Assembly: GCA_964016885.1 (NCBI GenBank)
Contig: OZ024742.1
Span: 259,656,001 to 259,720,000 of the forward strand
Source: Eledone cirrhosa
Lineage: Eukaryota
Reading direction: 5' to 3'
DNA length: 64,000 nucleotides
The notes beneath the pieces are model-generated. The model was not told where the DNA came from and ran no database searches. It saw only the letters and a program-made list of their open reading frames with translations. The translations under genes and the position numbers were made by a program. Positions within the stretch are counted from its first letter, which is position 1, and the number at the start of each line of letters is the position of its first letter. Positions 45,652 to 57,963 of this stretch are shown piece by piece.

Positions 45652-45771
45652 GTTTACAATTGTTTCGCTACTCCATATAATATTTCTGGATCAGATGACT
45701 ATATATCATAATTGATCTGGTTCAGTTGAAAATAATTAACATATTTAAAAGACAGAGCGGCTCATCGGAAC
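45652..45771 (-). ncRNA. Hammerhead with stem II insertion of about 80 nt (U4>C core change)
   Basis: Minus: GTT-CCGATGA-GCCGCTC...GAGTAGC-GAAA-CAATTG-TA-AAC. Confidence 0.6.
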
Positions 45772-46132
45772 TTCAAAGGAATATAAATTAAAATAATGAG
45801 AGAATGTTACATAATATAATGTTCCATATATTGGTTTTTCACTATGGTGTTTTGGTTGCATCAGTTGTCAGCCATAATCAAGCAGTATTCATCTGTCGAG
45901 GCTGCATTGTGTGAGATCTGCCTATGGGTAACAAGATGGCTGCCATAGGACATATTTACCTTACTAATTAGAGGGTGGTTTCAGGGGAAGTAACTCCTCG
46001 AGAGATTAGAAATTGTGGGTATTTATAGTTAAGTGCTAATTTTTAAATTTTTTTATTGAGAAACAATGTAGGAGAGGTAACTTATAATTATCTAAGTTGT
46101 TATTAGCTACAAGTAAAAATGGGGCTAGATGA

Positions 46133-47371
46133 CTAAGTTGGGTCAAATATTCTAGCCCTTCGATGTTGACAGCTAATAGTTACCTCCGTTCTATCGTTAA
46201 TCGGCAGAGGTCGTGATAGAGTTATGTAATATGCTTCTGTAATACAGAGATCACAAGATTTTCTTCGTCCATTGAACGGTTGGGCCCTAGCCACGATATC
46301 CCATTTTAGCGAGTGTTGAACGTTGTTCAATTTAAGGTTTTTAATGAGCCTAGCTAGCGATGTCGAACATCTGTTGCTAGGGTCTCGGAAGGAAAAAGAG
46401 TGTGCGTTATAGCGTACCTTAAAAGGGTTAGAGGTAGACCCGATATAAGAGCTGGTATTCGAAGCAGTTTTAACCGTGCACCTATACACTATGTTGGGTG
46501 TCAGGCCGTGTCCATTTAATGGGCATGCATTGGGGTAACGGCAGTTGCAGTTGCTTCTGCGGTTAGTGAGAGTAGGGTAGTTTAACCTAAGCGGTAGGTC
46601 AGTGCTAGAAGGATTTGATGGGGGAGGTGTGCTACTAGAGTAATTATTGGTGTAGTGGCGTGGTGTATTTGATAGGGGTGCCTGTACCGCGGTGTGGGAG
46701 TTATACTGTCTTAGTTTATGATGGTTACTGAATGCAATGTGGCTAGCTAGGTTAGGTGTTGTGGAGAATGAGATTTTAATGTTATTTTTATTAAAGAGTT
46801 TGTAATATCTATGGTTGGGGTGGGGATGTTTAGATAGGATAGAGAAGAAGCGTTTGGGGATATTAGTGGCTAGATTAGATGAGAATGTGGGGTTAAGCCA
46901 GGTGATATTTCTAGGTCTATTCCTTCTAGGGGTTCTAGTGGAGTTGGTAGGGGCCTTACTAGGGTTATTATTACCTGGGGATTTGTTATTTGTCATCACA
47001 TTTCTCATTCCTATTCTAGGGTTGATTTTTAGTTTGCTACTTGGAGTGGGGAGCAGGCTGCTGCCACCATTAAACTTCCCTGTATAGGTGCTGTTACTGC
47101 TAAAATTCCGGCGAATCTGGCTATATGCTAAGGTATTTCTAGTTCTAGTGTTAAGTTTATTATGGTGAATTGCTGTGTTATGGCATTTAGGTATGTAATA
47201 GATTGATTGTTCATAACCAGATTCAGAAATAGCCTTTTTATAATATTGTGCATGGTTTATAAATATCTCCTCATGTGCTGATAGCATTGAGATCCTATAC
47301 GAGATAGATTTGATTACTGCTCTTATGACTGCCGGTGGGTGGTTAGAGTGTGGGCTAATATATGTGATCAA
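46133..47371 (-). CDS. PLE ORF C-terminus: RT thumb, linker and GIY-YIG endonuclease (5'-truncated)
   Basis: YISPHSNHPPAVIRAVIKSISYRISMLS (PLE RT thumb), RNITWLNPTFS, CNCRYPNACPLNGHG, IVY..YIGST..FKVRYNAH, CDLCITE, INDRTE..CQH. Confidence 0.9.
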   Translation of the reverse strand: MITYISPHSNHPPAVIRAVIKSISYRISMLSAHEEIFINHAQYYKKAISESGYEQSIYYIPKCHNTAIHHNKLNTRTRNTLAYSQIRRNFSSNSTYTGKFNGGSSLLPTPSSKLKINPRIGMRNVMTNNKSPGNNNPSKAPTNSTRTPRRNRPRNITWLNPTFSSNLATNIPKRFFSILSKHPHPNHRYYKLFNKNNIKISFSTTPNLASHIAFSNHHKLRQYNSHTAVQAPLSNTPRHYTNNYSSSTPPPSNPSSTDLPLRLNYPTLTNRRSNCNCRYPNACPLNGHGLTPNIVYRCTVKTASNTSSYIGSTSNPFKVRYNAHSFSFRDPSNRCSTSLARLIKNLKLNNVQHSLKWDIVARAQPFNGRRKSCDLCITEAYYITLSRPLPINDRTEVTISCQHRRARIFDPT

Positions 47372-47564
47372 TTATGATATATAGTCATCTGATCCAGAAA
47401 TATTATATGGAGTAGCGAAACAATTGTAAACGGACATTATTATTATTAATATTATTATTATTATTATTATTCTCTACATTCCTTACATCAAACTAAAATA
47501 TGTTGACAATCTTTTAATAATGTCTTCCTTGTGAAATGTGTGGTCATATATATATATATGTATG

Positions 47565-47643
<79 letters not shown>

Positions 47644-47658
47644 GTATATATATATATG

Positions 47659-47746
<88 letters not shown>

Positions 47747-47768
47747 TGTATGTATATATATATATATG

Positions 47769-47838
<70 letters not shown>

Positions 47839-47867
47839 CACACACATATATTATATATATATATATT

Positions 47868-48252
47868 CCGTAGTGGTAGAGCACTCAGTCCATGGGACGA
47901 GTTAGGTAGAAGTGGTAACACAACAGTTAGTTCACCATATAGAGAACAATTGTTTCCCCTTAGCGGATCCTCAGCTCGTAATGGTCATGGTTATACGGAA
48001 CAGGAAGGACAACCGTATGAACGCGAATGCACAGAAACGTTCACTTCACCCAGGCAATACAAACTGCGGGCGAGAGGTGTAAGGGAGATAACTGAAAAAG
48101 TCCGAAAGGTTCTAGTTGATAAGAAAATTAGGATCTTGTTGTTATTCAATCCAGAGCTTTGTAGTTATGTAAGAGGTGTTTCCAGACATGTGGACAACGT
48201 GTGAAGATTTCACAACTTAAGGTAAGACAATCGGTGTTGCGTAATCTCTCTA
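47868..48252 (-). mobile_element. Short PLE terminal remnant (family of 540-650 and 55249-55455) with hammerhead 47942-47977
   Basis: Minus: GAG-CTGAGGA-TCCGCTAAGGG-GAAA-CAATTG-TT-CTC. TA-flanked. Shared CAACAGTTAGTTCAC tail. Confidence 0.72.
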
Positions 48253-48386
<134 letters not shown>

Positions 48387-48564
48387 ATGTGTGTATGTAT
48401 ATATCTATCTATATATATATTTATATATATATATATATTAGGGTAAACATTGTTGCAATTCAATTCAAGCACTCAAAGTACTTTTTCCACATAGGAATGA
48501 CGGAGTAAATATCGAATAAGGAAAAGCGAAGTAGTTTCAGATGTTCAAGTCCTTTAATAATAAT

Positions 48565-48638
48565 GCTGTGATATATATTTCAATGACGACACTGGCCACA
48601 CTGTTCTGTGTGCGAGTGTCGTGTCATCATCAGACAGC
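48565..48638 (-). ncRNA. Type I hammerhead ribozyme
   Basis: Reverse complement of 49660-49733 with 2 loop-region differences. Confidence 0.83.
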
Positions 48639-49659
48639 TTGTTACATAATAAGGTTATGTTTCCGAGGCAATCCAAATTGAATCGACATGGGAACGGATG
48701 AAGTTCGTGCTTTTGGGTTTTTCATCCGTTCCCTTTTTCATCCGTCCCCCACCGGTCTGCGCAAGCGCATGTCCGAAGGAAGTTGACCATTAGCCACCGC
48801 AGATTTCAACGAAATTCGCTGTCAGTTCACCCTCTCAGCCAAAACAATGACCCACCTATGCCCTACAAAAGTTTACTGCTACCCATCACGACTGTGGCAG
48901 TCAGCCGAAAGCCAGAGGGGATGGGAGGGTGTTAGTTTTTATAGGTCATAATACTACCTTTCACTAAGCGTTGACAGCAAGACTGACCATCAACTCATAA
49001 GGGAAAATAAACTTAATTCTAGGTACCATGGTTTTACAGTGGAAGTTAAGAGTGAGAGTTGGAAATAAAAATAAAAAATTAAAATCCTAAATCAAATATC
49101 AGAGATTATAATTTAAACAATTAAAAAATTAAAAAATTCGAAATTCAAAAGTTTTTCAAGTGATAATTCTGATTGAGTAAAGATATAGATTGAAGTGAGT
49201 AAATAATATGGAGAGGGTTGTTTAAGTAATAAGTTCTGAGAGGGATTCTAGTGTCACAGTTACTCTATCCACATATTGAACGACAGTGCCGTACACTATA
49301 ACGGAGGGCAAACTACAGGGTTCAAGGCATTAGTCAATCTGTTACACAGTCATAATTTCAATCTCATGGAACAAAATCAAAGAAGAACAGACATAAAGTA
49401 CACAAAAGAAAAGAAAAGAACAGAACCAATAGTGAATAAATGCAAAAACACAGAGTACATATATGCAAAATGATCCATATGATTGTCCGTCTGTCCATGT
49501 ATAGATTGAATTGAGGGGGCTTCTGTTCAAATGCGATTTGGTGCATGAAAATAGGTACTCACAAGGGAACGGATGAAAAACCCAAAAGCACGAACTTCAT
49601 CCGTTCCCATGTCGATTCAATTTGGATTGCCTCGGAAACATAACCTTATTATGTAACAA

Positions 49660-49733
49660 GCTGTCTGATGATGACACGACACTCGCACACAGAACAGTGT
49701 TGTCAGTGTCGTCATTGAAATATATATCACAGC
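49660..49733 (+). ncRNA. Type I hammerhead ribozyme
   Basis: GCTGT-CTGATGA-TGAC-ACGACACT...AGTGTCGT-CATT-GAAA-TATATA-TC-ACAGC. Confidence 0.85.
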
Positions 49734-49790
49734 ATTATTATTAAAGAACTTGAACATCTGAAACTACTTCGCTTTTCCTTATTCTCTCTC

Positions 49791-50562
49791 TCTATATATA
49801 TATATATGTGTGTGTGTGTCTGTATATTACCTATAGGGGCCTACATCTTATGGCCGATTTTCATGAAACTTTACAGGCTCATAGATTAGTCATCGGGGAG
49901 TGTTTTCTATATATCAGCGTATCGGTTTTTTTATTCCGGGGTCATTCTGCAGATAAAAATCGATAGGGGTCACTTTTTTTAGGTATCAAAAAATAAGATT
50001 TTTGGCTCTAGCTCCCACATTTTGCCACCGATTTCGTTCAAATTTTAAAGCAAAATAGAATGGCTTTATATTTTGTATTTCTTGTTCAGGGGCGGCGTGG
50101 CAGCCGCTTAAATATTCAAAAATACCACTTTTAGACTCAAATTTCCACTTTTTCGGCTCTAGCTCCCACATTAATCATCCTACTTTGTTCAAATATTACA
50201 CTACGCTAGATCTTATTATTTCACGTCTTAAAGTGGCTTTACATTTTCGATTTTTTATTCAGGAACGGCGTGGCAGCCGCTTAAATATTCGAAAATACCA
50301 CCTTTTCGCTCAAATTTCCGCCTTTTCAGCTCTAGCTCCCATATTTCAACCGATTTGTTCAAATTCGAAACTCTCTCTCCCATCATGCCCCTTCGTCAGT
50401 CACCCAGGTTTCTCAGTGATAGAGGTCATCACCACCCTCCCCCGCGTGGCCTGTGTGTGGCCATAGATGTCATCGAGAAGCAGTCGCTAAGATCAACAAA
50501 CACCTTTTCATCAAAGCAGATATTATTTTACCTACCCAGGCAACGCTGGGTACTGCTGCTAG
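49791..50562 (+). mobile_element. Non-autonomous Helitron
   Basis: 5' TCTATATA..., CCGATTTTCATGAAAC motif and internal subrepeats about 173 bp apart (50085-50170 / 50258-50343). 3' hairpin TACCCAG-GCAACG-CTGGGTA followed by CTAG|T. The 5' boundary is approximate. Confidence 0.72.
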
Positions 50563-50877
50563 TATATATATATATGTATATATATACATGCATACATATA
50601 TTTTTGGTATTATTATATGTGCGGGGATGTTTGTGTGTGCGGTGCGTGTCTTAAGGAACACCAAAGGAAATTTAACACATCTTTTGATATTTTTCTACGT
50701 GTGTTTCAGTAATGATAAGCAATCCATAATCGATAATTTCGATTACGTAATTACTTTAACTTATCACCTCATCGGGAATAGTAATAGCGTTAATGCTGCA
50801 AGAGTCACTCAGTGTGAAGAACAGAAATGATAATAAAAACAAAAATAAAATTATGAAGCACAATAGAGCAAGTAATA

Positions 50878-51051
50878 CAGTGAAATTCGTTATAACGAAA
50901 TTCACGGGGTATTAAAAAAATTAATTTTAACGGAAAATTATTTATAACGAGATCGTCCTAACACATCGAACGTGTGGACGGGTATTGAAAAAAAATTCGT
51001 TATACTGAAAAATCCATTATAATGGTATTCGTTATAACGGAATTTTACTTG
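50878..51051. mobile_element. Tc1/mariner (pogo/Tigger-type) MITE
   Basis: TA|CAGTGAAATTCGTTATAACGAA...TTCGTTATAACGGAATTTTACTTG|TA: TIRs with TA target duplication. Second copy at 56449. Confidence 0.8.
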
Positions 51052-51434
51052 TATCATTCGCCCATTTTTAAACAGTAATCTCTACTATACTTTTATAAAC
51101 AAAAGTGAGATACAATTTATTGTAAGTAAAGGATTTTTATATAAACTCGATCCTCCGTTTTTGATTCTCATTTATTTATTTTTGTTTTTTGTGTTCGATT
51201 TTATATACGTATATATGTATTTATGTATATACATAAATACGTATATACATAAATACATATACGTGTGGGTGTATTTATGTATGTACCTATATGAGTTTTT
51301 GTGTATGTATATGTATTTGTGTGCGCGTATGAAAATAAAATAGATTCTTAATTAGTTCACTGTTTTACGATTGTTTCAGAGGGTTGATTAATAATGGTCG
51401 ATCGATGTATCGATGTATCGACTAGCAATTAGTT

Positions 51435-51532
51435 GTTATGTGCCTACCTAAATGCGAGTGTTATGTGCCTACCTAAATGCGAGTGTTATGTGCCTACCTA
51501 AATGCGAGTGTTATGTACCTACCTAAATGCGA
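51435..51532. repeat. 25-bp minisatellite, about 4 copies, inside an imperfect inverted repeat (51363-51427 / 51538-51594)
   Basis: Unit GTTATGTGCCTACCTAAATGCGAGT. Confidence 0.92.
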
Positions 51533-51673
51533 TTATCTGCTAGTCAATATATCGATCCCCCATCATCAATCAACTATCTGAAACGATCGTGAAGGAATGT
51601 ATTAAATACGAATCTATCTTGGACATTTGTTTTATTTTCATTATTCAACAGACACACACACACATACACACAA

Positions 51674-51728
<55 letters not shown>

Positions 51729-51910
51729 TACAAATGACTCTGTACCTTCAGTGGAATCTTCGGGGAAACTTGCACATTGAGCGCCTACTACAAAAGGTAT
51801 AGCATTCAGAGCCTAATCTCGCTGAAACCATTTCTTCAACGCCTCATTGAGTTCTAACAATGTTATCAACCCCACCATGTCCAGGTGAAAATCAGTACGC
51901 ATACACACAC

Positions 51911-51953
<43 letters not shown>

Positions 51954-52001
51954 AGTTACTGCTCACTATATATTTGTATGTGCATATATATATGTGCGCG
52001 C

Positions 52002-52128
<127 letters not shown>

Positions 52129-52444
52129 AGAGTAGGGATGGCATGTTTAGCAGTGTCTGACAGCATTAGATGTATGTTCTGCCAAAATTGTTCTTAGTAT
52201 CTTAGTAAATATATATATACAATATAAGTGATTAAACACACACGGACACATAATACACACGCACAAACATACATATATATGTATGTGTTTGTGTGTGTGT
52301 GTGTGCGCACGTGTATATATATATTTGTATGTATGTATATATATATATATATCTATATATATAAAGACAGAAAGAACGTGCAAGTGTGTAAAAATATACA
52401 TATATATACATGTTTATATATATATGTGTGTGTGTGTGTGTATG

Positions 52445-52475
<31 letters not shown>

Positions 52476-52857
52476 TATGTCTGTGTGTGTGCGTATGTGT
52501 GCATGTATGTATGTATAATGAATATATATAACTTCTTGTACGATATTTTCTTTTCTCGACGGAGCAGAGTAGGCGGTGTTAAGTGAAACAAGAAAATGTC
52601 TGGACGTCAAAAGAAAGCAACTGAAATAGAATACCTATAATGGCTGCCGCAATGCTAGTGTATTGGGAAGAAGCAGACGACACTTTCCTTCATCTGATTT
52701 TTCTCTTACACTTAGCTTCTCTCCTTCGTTTCTTCTTTCCTTTACCTCCTCTTTTTCACTCTTCCTAGTTTCTATTGTCTCCGTCATTTCTATTCCTATC
52801 TCATATAATGGCAATTAATTGGAAATAGATACATTCACACGAGTTCACAATGAGATA

Positions 52858-52903
<46 letters not shown>

Positions 52904-52999
52904 GTGTGTGTGTGTGTGTCCCGAGTTCAATCGCGGGTAACCACAGTAAGTAAGGTACCCCATACATAGCAGAGTATAAATATTTAATATAGAAATACC

Positions 53000-53045
53000 T
53001 TCTACAGGACTAGAACTGTTTCGTTCGAAGGAAATCATCAGAGAA
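53000..53045 (-). ncRNA. Hammerhead ribozyme with partial fold-back copy (53057-53080)
   Basis: Minus: TTCT-CTGATGA-TTTC-CTTC-GAAC-GAAA-CAG-TTCTAGTC-CTG-TA-GAA. 24-bp inverted duplicate of the GAAA/stem III half. Confidence 0.65.
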
Positions 53046-53085
53046 TCCCAGAGCTTGAAACAGTTCTAGTCCTGTAGAAGACATT

Positions 53086-53192
<107 letters not shown>

Positions 53193-53193
53193 G

Positions 53194-53232
<39 letters not shown>

Positions 53233-53327
53233 GTATATATATATGTGTATATATATATATGTATATATATATGTATATATATATATATGTATATATATAT
53301 ATGTATATATATATATATGTATATATG

Positions 53328-53366
<39 letters not shown>

Positions 53367-53411
53367 GTATATATATATATGTATATATATATATATGTAT
53401 ATATATATATG

Positions 53412-53547
<136 letters not shown>

Positions 53548-53588
53548 CGAAACATAAGTCAATTGTATGAACTCATAATCCTTTATTT

Positions 53589-53648
53589 ACTGCTATATAT
53601 ATATATTTCGATGATAGCCATTGAATGGCTATGGCCTCATCAGGCAGT
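53589..53648 (-). ncRNA. Type I hammerhead ribozyme with (TA)n stem III
   Basis: Minus: ACTGC-CTGATGA-GGCC-ATAGCCAT-TCA-ATGGCTAT-CATC-GAAA-TATATATATA-TA-GCAGT. Upstream LPDGLN (about 53835-53852) resembles a PLE GIY-YIG end. Confidence 0.83.
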
Positions 53649-54259
53649 TAGTCAGTTCTTAGATATGCCAGCTCTGTGTTTATAGTGTTGATGGTATCAG
53701 AGCCTTGGTACATATGAGCTTGTTAGGAATAATGTAATGTTGTCAGCAGGAATAGTCTTAATTTTCATTGGTCAGTTTGTAGATGCTAGTAGGGTTGGTA
53801 TTTGACCTCAAAGAGGCAGATGGTGTTGTAAAGTTCAAACCGTCAGGCAAGATGATAATAGTTCCATATGACTGATTTTCACAAAAAGCATTCCTGGTCA
53901 GATATATATTCAATTAAGGTTAATAGTATGAAATAGATACTACAGGTCATTCTTAAATTGAGGAATTTATGTGGAGTGGTGCTACTGAAAATTATGATTA
54001 GAGTAAAAAATTTACAAATAATATATATATATATATTATATATGTATGTATGTTCTTCTGGTTTTATAATTTCACAATTTTTTTCCAATTGAGAGAGAGT
54101 CCATTTCTAGCATAGTTACAAGACTCTTTCATTGGAATTTTCACATCAACTAGGGAATATGTATGCATGTTTGCATGCATGCATGTGTAGGTGTGGATGT
54201 TATTGTATGTTTGGATGTTCATGTTTTGAGTTGTATGTGTGCATGTGTATATGATTAGT

Positions 54260-54828
54260 ACATGTGTATATGCAATTATTAGATGCAACAATTTTTGGAA
54301 TGTTTTACATATTTTTACTGTTCCACTAATGGATTGTACTTGTCATTTCCTAACTAGTTGTGTTCTTTCTATTCCTGTGAAGCTCAGCTTCTCACGATTT
54401 GTATTGAGGCAGTTACTAACATACCCCAGTGCCCCAATAATCACAGGCATAAATCTGAAGGTGTAATCAGGGTGGAGTATCTGCATATTTCTCATCAGTT
54501 CTGCATAAATATTCTCCTTTTCGCTAATCTTTGATATTATATTGGCATCTGCTGGGCAGCTAACTTCCACTACTGTGCATGCCTTCTTTTCTCTGTCCCA
54601 TATCATAATATCTGGTCTATTATGCCTGCATTTTATTGGGGTTTTACTGGAACATTCCACCAGTACTCTTTCATATTGTTGTAGCATTTAATGTGTTTAT
54701 TATCGAAGCTATCTTTTCTACCTATTGCATTGTACAGTGTTTTGGCCACTACATCATGCCTCATAGGTAGATAGTACCGTGATGACACCTTTGGACAGCT
54801 GCTTATGACATGGGTGACATCTTCGATG
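54260..54828 (-). mobile_element. R4/Dong-like LINE 3' fragment: zinc knuckle plus restriction-like endonuclease
   Basis: EDVTHVISSCPKVSSRYYLPMRHDVVAK; HNRPDIMIWDREKKACTVVEVSCP..EKENIY..PVIIGALG (PD-(D/E)xK-type REL). One frameshift. 5' end in (TA)n. Confidence 0.85.
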
Positions 54829-54883
<55 letters not shown>

Positions 54884-55165
54884 AAAGTGGAAGTATATAA
54901 TCAAGTCTCAAAGGAGAGTCGAGACAGATATAAAGGTTGCAATTGCCAGCTACAGAAAGATGCGATTGCTCAATATTTATCTCATGCGAAACAATGTTTT
55001 TCCATTCTGAAGACGGTTATGAGTTTGCCGGATATTCTAACGGGCAAAGAGTACTTGCCGGTTATTTTGGCGGACACTCATAATGTTATACACCATAAAT
55101 AATTATATATGATTAAACAGTTTGAATGAAAGTTGGTTGATTTTCCTTCAAATACTTAAATACTT

Positions 55166-55248
<83 letters not shown>

Positions 55249-55251
<3 letters not shown>

Positions 55252-55450
55252 GTGGTTACACAACAGTTAGTTCACCATACCGAGAATAATTGTTTCACCT
55301 TAGCGGATCCCCAGCTCGTAATGGACATGGTTATACGTATAACCATGTCCATTACGTATGGTGAACTAACTGTTGTGTAACCACTTCAACCTAACTCGTC
55401 CCATGGACTGAGTGCTCTACCTCTACGTATATTACCTTCCAGTGTTCTAC

Positions 55451-55455
<5 letters not shown>
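55249..55455. mobile_element. Fold-back PLE terminal remnant: left arm with decayed hammerhead (55281-55318), right arm lacking it
   Basis: Palindrome centred at 55336/55337. Family of 47868-48252. Confidence 0.78.
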
Positions 55456-55496
<41 letters not shown>

Positions 55497-56448
55497 AAAA
55501 GGTGTTACTGTAATTGTGTACACGATGTTCTCTCTAGATGGGCTCTACCTATAATTTAGTAGACAAATCGCTCTAGATAGTCTGTACCAGTAATTGAGTA
55601 GTCGATGCCCTCTAGATTGACTGTACTTGTAAATCAATGATTTTAACCTTGTCACATACTGCTTTGGTTTACAAATTACACTAAAATCGCACATATCTGT
55701 GGAATAATCGGTGACTTACACATTCAATTACGAGCTACACGTTCATTTGATCGACTCACTAATTCCTCATGGTAGAAACCTACAATGGTTTATTCATTAA
55801 TAATTAGATGACAAATATAGCTTTGATTATGAATGATGATGTATATAAAGCAGATGTATTAAGGCAGATGTATTAAGGCAGATGTATTAAGGCAGATGTA
55901 TTAAGCTTTCGGATTAAATGCCTAAGATCAGCTTCGCTGCGTTCCGAGTACAAACTCCACCGTGGGCAACTTTGCGTTTCATCTATTCTAGTTCGATAAA
56001 CAAATAACAAACTTGTACTGGAGGGATTCTTCCTCGTGCCTTCTTTATCACTCTCTCACACACACACTCTCTCTCTCTCCTTCTCGCTCTTTCTCTCTTT
56101 CGTTCTCTCTCTCCCTCCCTCTCTCTCTCTCACTCTCTCTCTCCCACACACACACTCTCTCTCTCTCTCCTTCTCTCCCTCTTTCGTTCTCTCTCTCTCT
56201 CACATACACACTTTCTCTCTCTCTTTCGTTCTCTCTCACCCTCTCCCACATACACACACTCTCTCTTTCTCCTTCTCTCTCTCTTTCGTTCTCTCTCTCT
56301 CTCACTCTCTCTCTCCCTTCTCAAGAAAAAAATCAACTGTTTCTATACTTGGAGAAGTATGAGGAGCTCTGCCACGTTTAAATTGCCCAAAACACATGTT
56401 TCATGAAAATGCCCTTACGACCCAATCAGGCGTACATGAAGTCATATA

Positions 56449-56634
56449 CAGTGAAATTCCGTTATAACGAAATTCACGAGATATAAAAAAATTTGTTGTA
56501 ACGAAAACTTCTTTATACCGAGATCGACCGAAACAAATCGAACGTCTGTTTGTTATTAACTCGTGGATTGAAAAATAATTCGTTATACTGAAAAATTCGT
56601 TATAATGGTATTCGTTATAACGGAATTTTACCTG
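56449..56634. mobile_element. Tc1/mariner-type MITE (second copy)
   Basis: TA|CAGTGAAATTCCGTTATAACGAA...TTCGTTATAACGGAATTTTACCTG|TA. Confidence 0.8.
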
Positions 56635-57344
56635 TATAACAAATGTGTATGTATTTTAGTCCGGTTGTGAAAGTAGTCAAAAGTTGGCGGTAAGTTTTCA
56701 CTCATTGACACCCTCTCATACTCTTCCCATATAATAACTATATTATCCATTCGTGTATTCTGAGAGTTCACCTCATGTTGACACCCACTAAATTATCATG
56801 CAACCATTAACCTACATCTCCAGTATTTCGAGATGTTAGTAAACTTCTCTTCCCATACAATACACCTGCTTTCTTTTCTCAAATGATAATCGAAAGAAGA
56901 AAAAAAACGAAAAATAAATATATAAAACCTTAACTGATAAGAACGTCCCTAAAATCATTGCACATAAGCACATCCCTTTATTGTTTCGCCAATAAATCTA
57001 AATTCACGTCCAAACATTTACCTTCCATATTAACTGCAACAATTTTGAACGTCCGTGCTACTCTACTGGTGCGATAAAACCTACAATGATAATGAATAAT
57101 GCTTCTCACAGAAGATTAACGTGTAACGATAAAACTATTTAATACCACCCTCAGTACAGCCATGTAATACTATAAGCAGCTATAATGTAGCAACCATTCC
57201 ATTTATAAAAAAAAAAAAAGGAAATAATAACCATGTAAAACCAGGATTGGAAAATATAGCGACTCCTCTGATAATTATAGCAAACCTACCAAAAGTACTA
57301 TGTTACAGACTATGACTATATATAAGTATAACATTACCATATGT

Positions 57345-57963
57345 GTGAAAGTACGTGGCTTAGTGATTTGAGTGTTCGGTTCACGATTGTACTGTTGTCA
57401 GTTTGATTCCTGGTGATGCGTTGTGTCCTTCAGCAAGAAACATTTTATTTCATGTTGTTCAATCCTGCCAATTGTACCTGTAATTCAAAATGACCAGCCT
57501 TGTTACACGCAGTGTCACGCTAAATCTCTCTGACAATTATGTTAAGGGTACACGTGTCAGTGTAATACTCAACCACTTACCCACTAATTTTTACCAGCAG
57601 GTTGTTCAGTAAAGCAAGCGAATGGAATACTAACCGTCGGAACCAACGGAGATCCATAAAAAGTGTGAAGGTGTGTGACGTGGTGGTGAGGGTATTCGAC
57701 TCACCATCACAAGATGTCAGTTCCATTCCTGTAACAAGATACTTTATTTCATTTGCTTCAGTTCACTTATTTGGCCAAAATGAATTGTATTTGTAATTCA
57801 AAAGGGCCAGTCTTTCACACACTGTATCATGCTGAACCTTACCTCAGAACTACGTTAATGATATACGTGTCTGTAGGATACTAAACTACTTGCAAGTTAA
57901 TTTCACGGGCAAAATGTTCCGTTGATTGAACAACTGTAACAGGATCGTAAGCCTAAGAGTGCG
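57345..57963 (+). mobile_element. Two tandem family A SINEs (about 57345-57655 and 57668-57963)
   Basis: Each has a tRNA-like head and the TTTATTTCA..TGTAATTCAAAA..CACGTGTC body shared with the 35616 copy. Confidence 0.7.

Larger units (their letters stand above)
45544..47545 (-). mobile_element. 5'-truncated Penelope-like retroelement with inverted pseudo-LTR
   Basis: Inverted repeats 45544-45717 / 47366-47545 bracket a GIY-YIG ORF. The right end abuts (TA)n. The true 3' end may extend left to about 45340. Confidence 0.9.
48439..49784 (-). mobile_element. Heavily 5'-truncated PLE with inverted pseudo-LTR (48514-48735 / 49563-49784)
   Basis: Inverted arms of about 220 bp, each with a hammerhead. 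HQIAFEQKPPQFN near 49500-49545 resembles a GIY-YIG C-terminal end. Confidence 0.8.

Noticed and set aside
51435-51532. Possible CRISPR-like repeat
   Set aside because: Contiguous 25-bp tandem units without spacers, in eukaryotic context.
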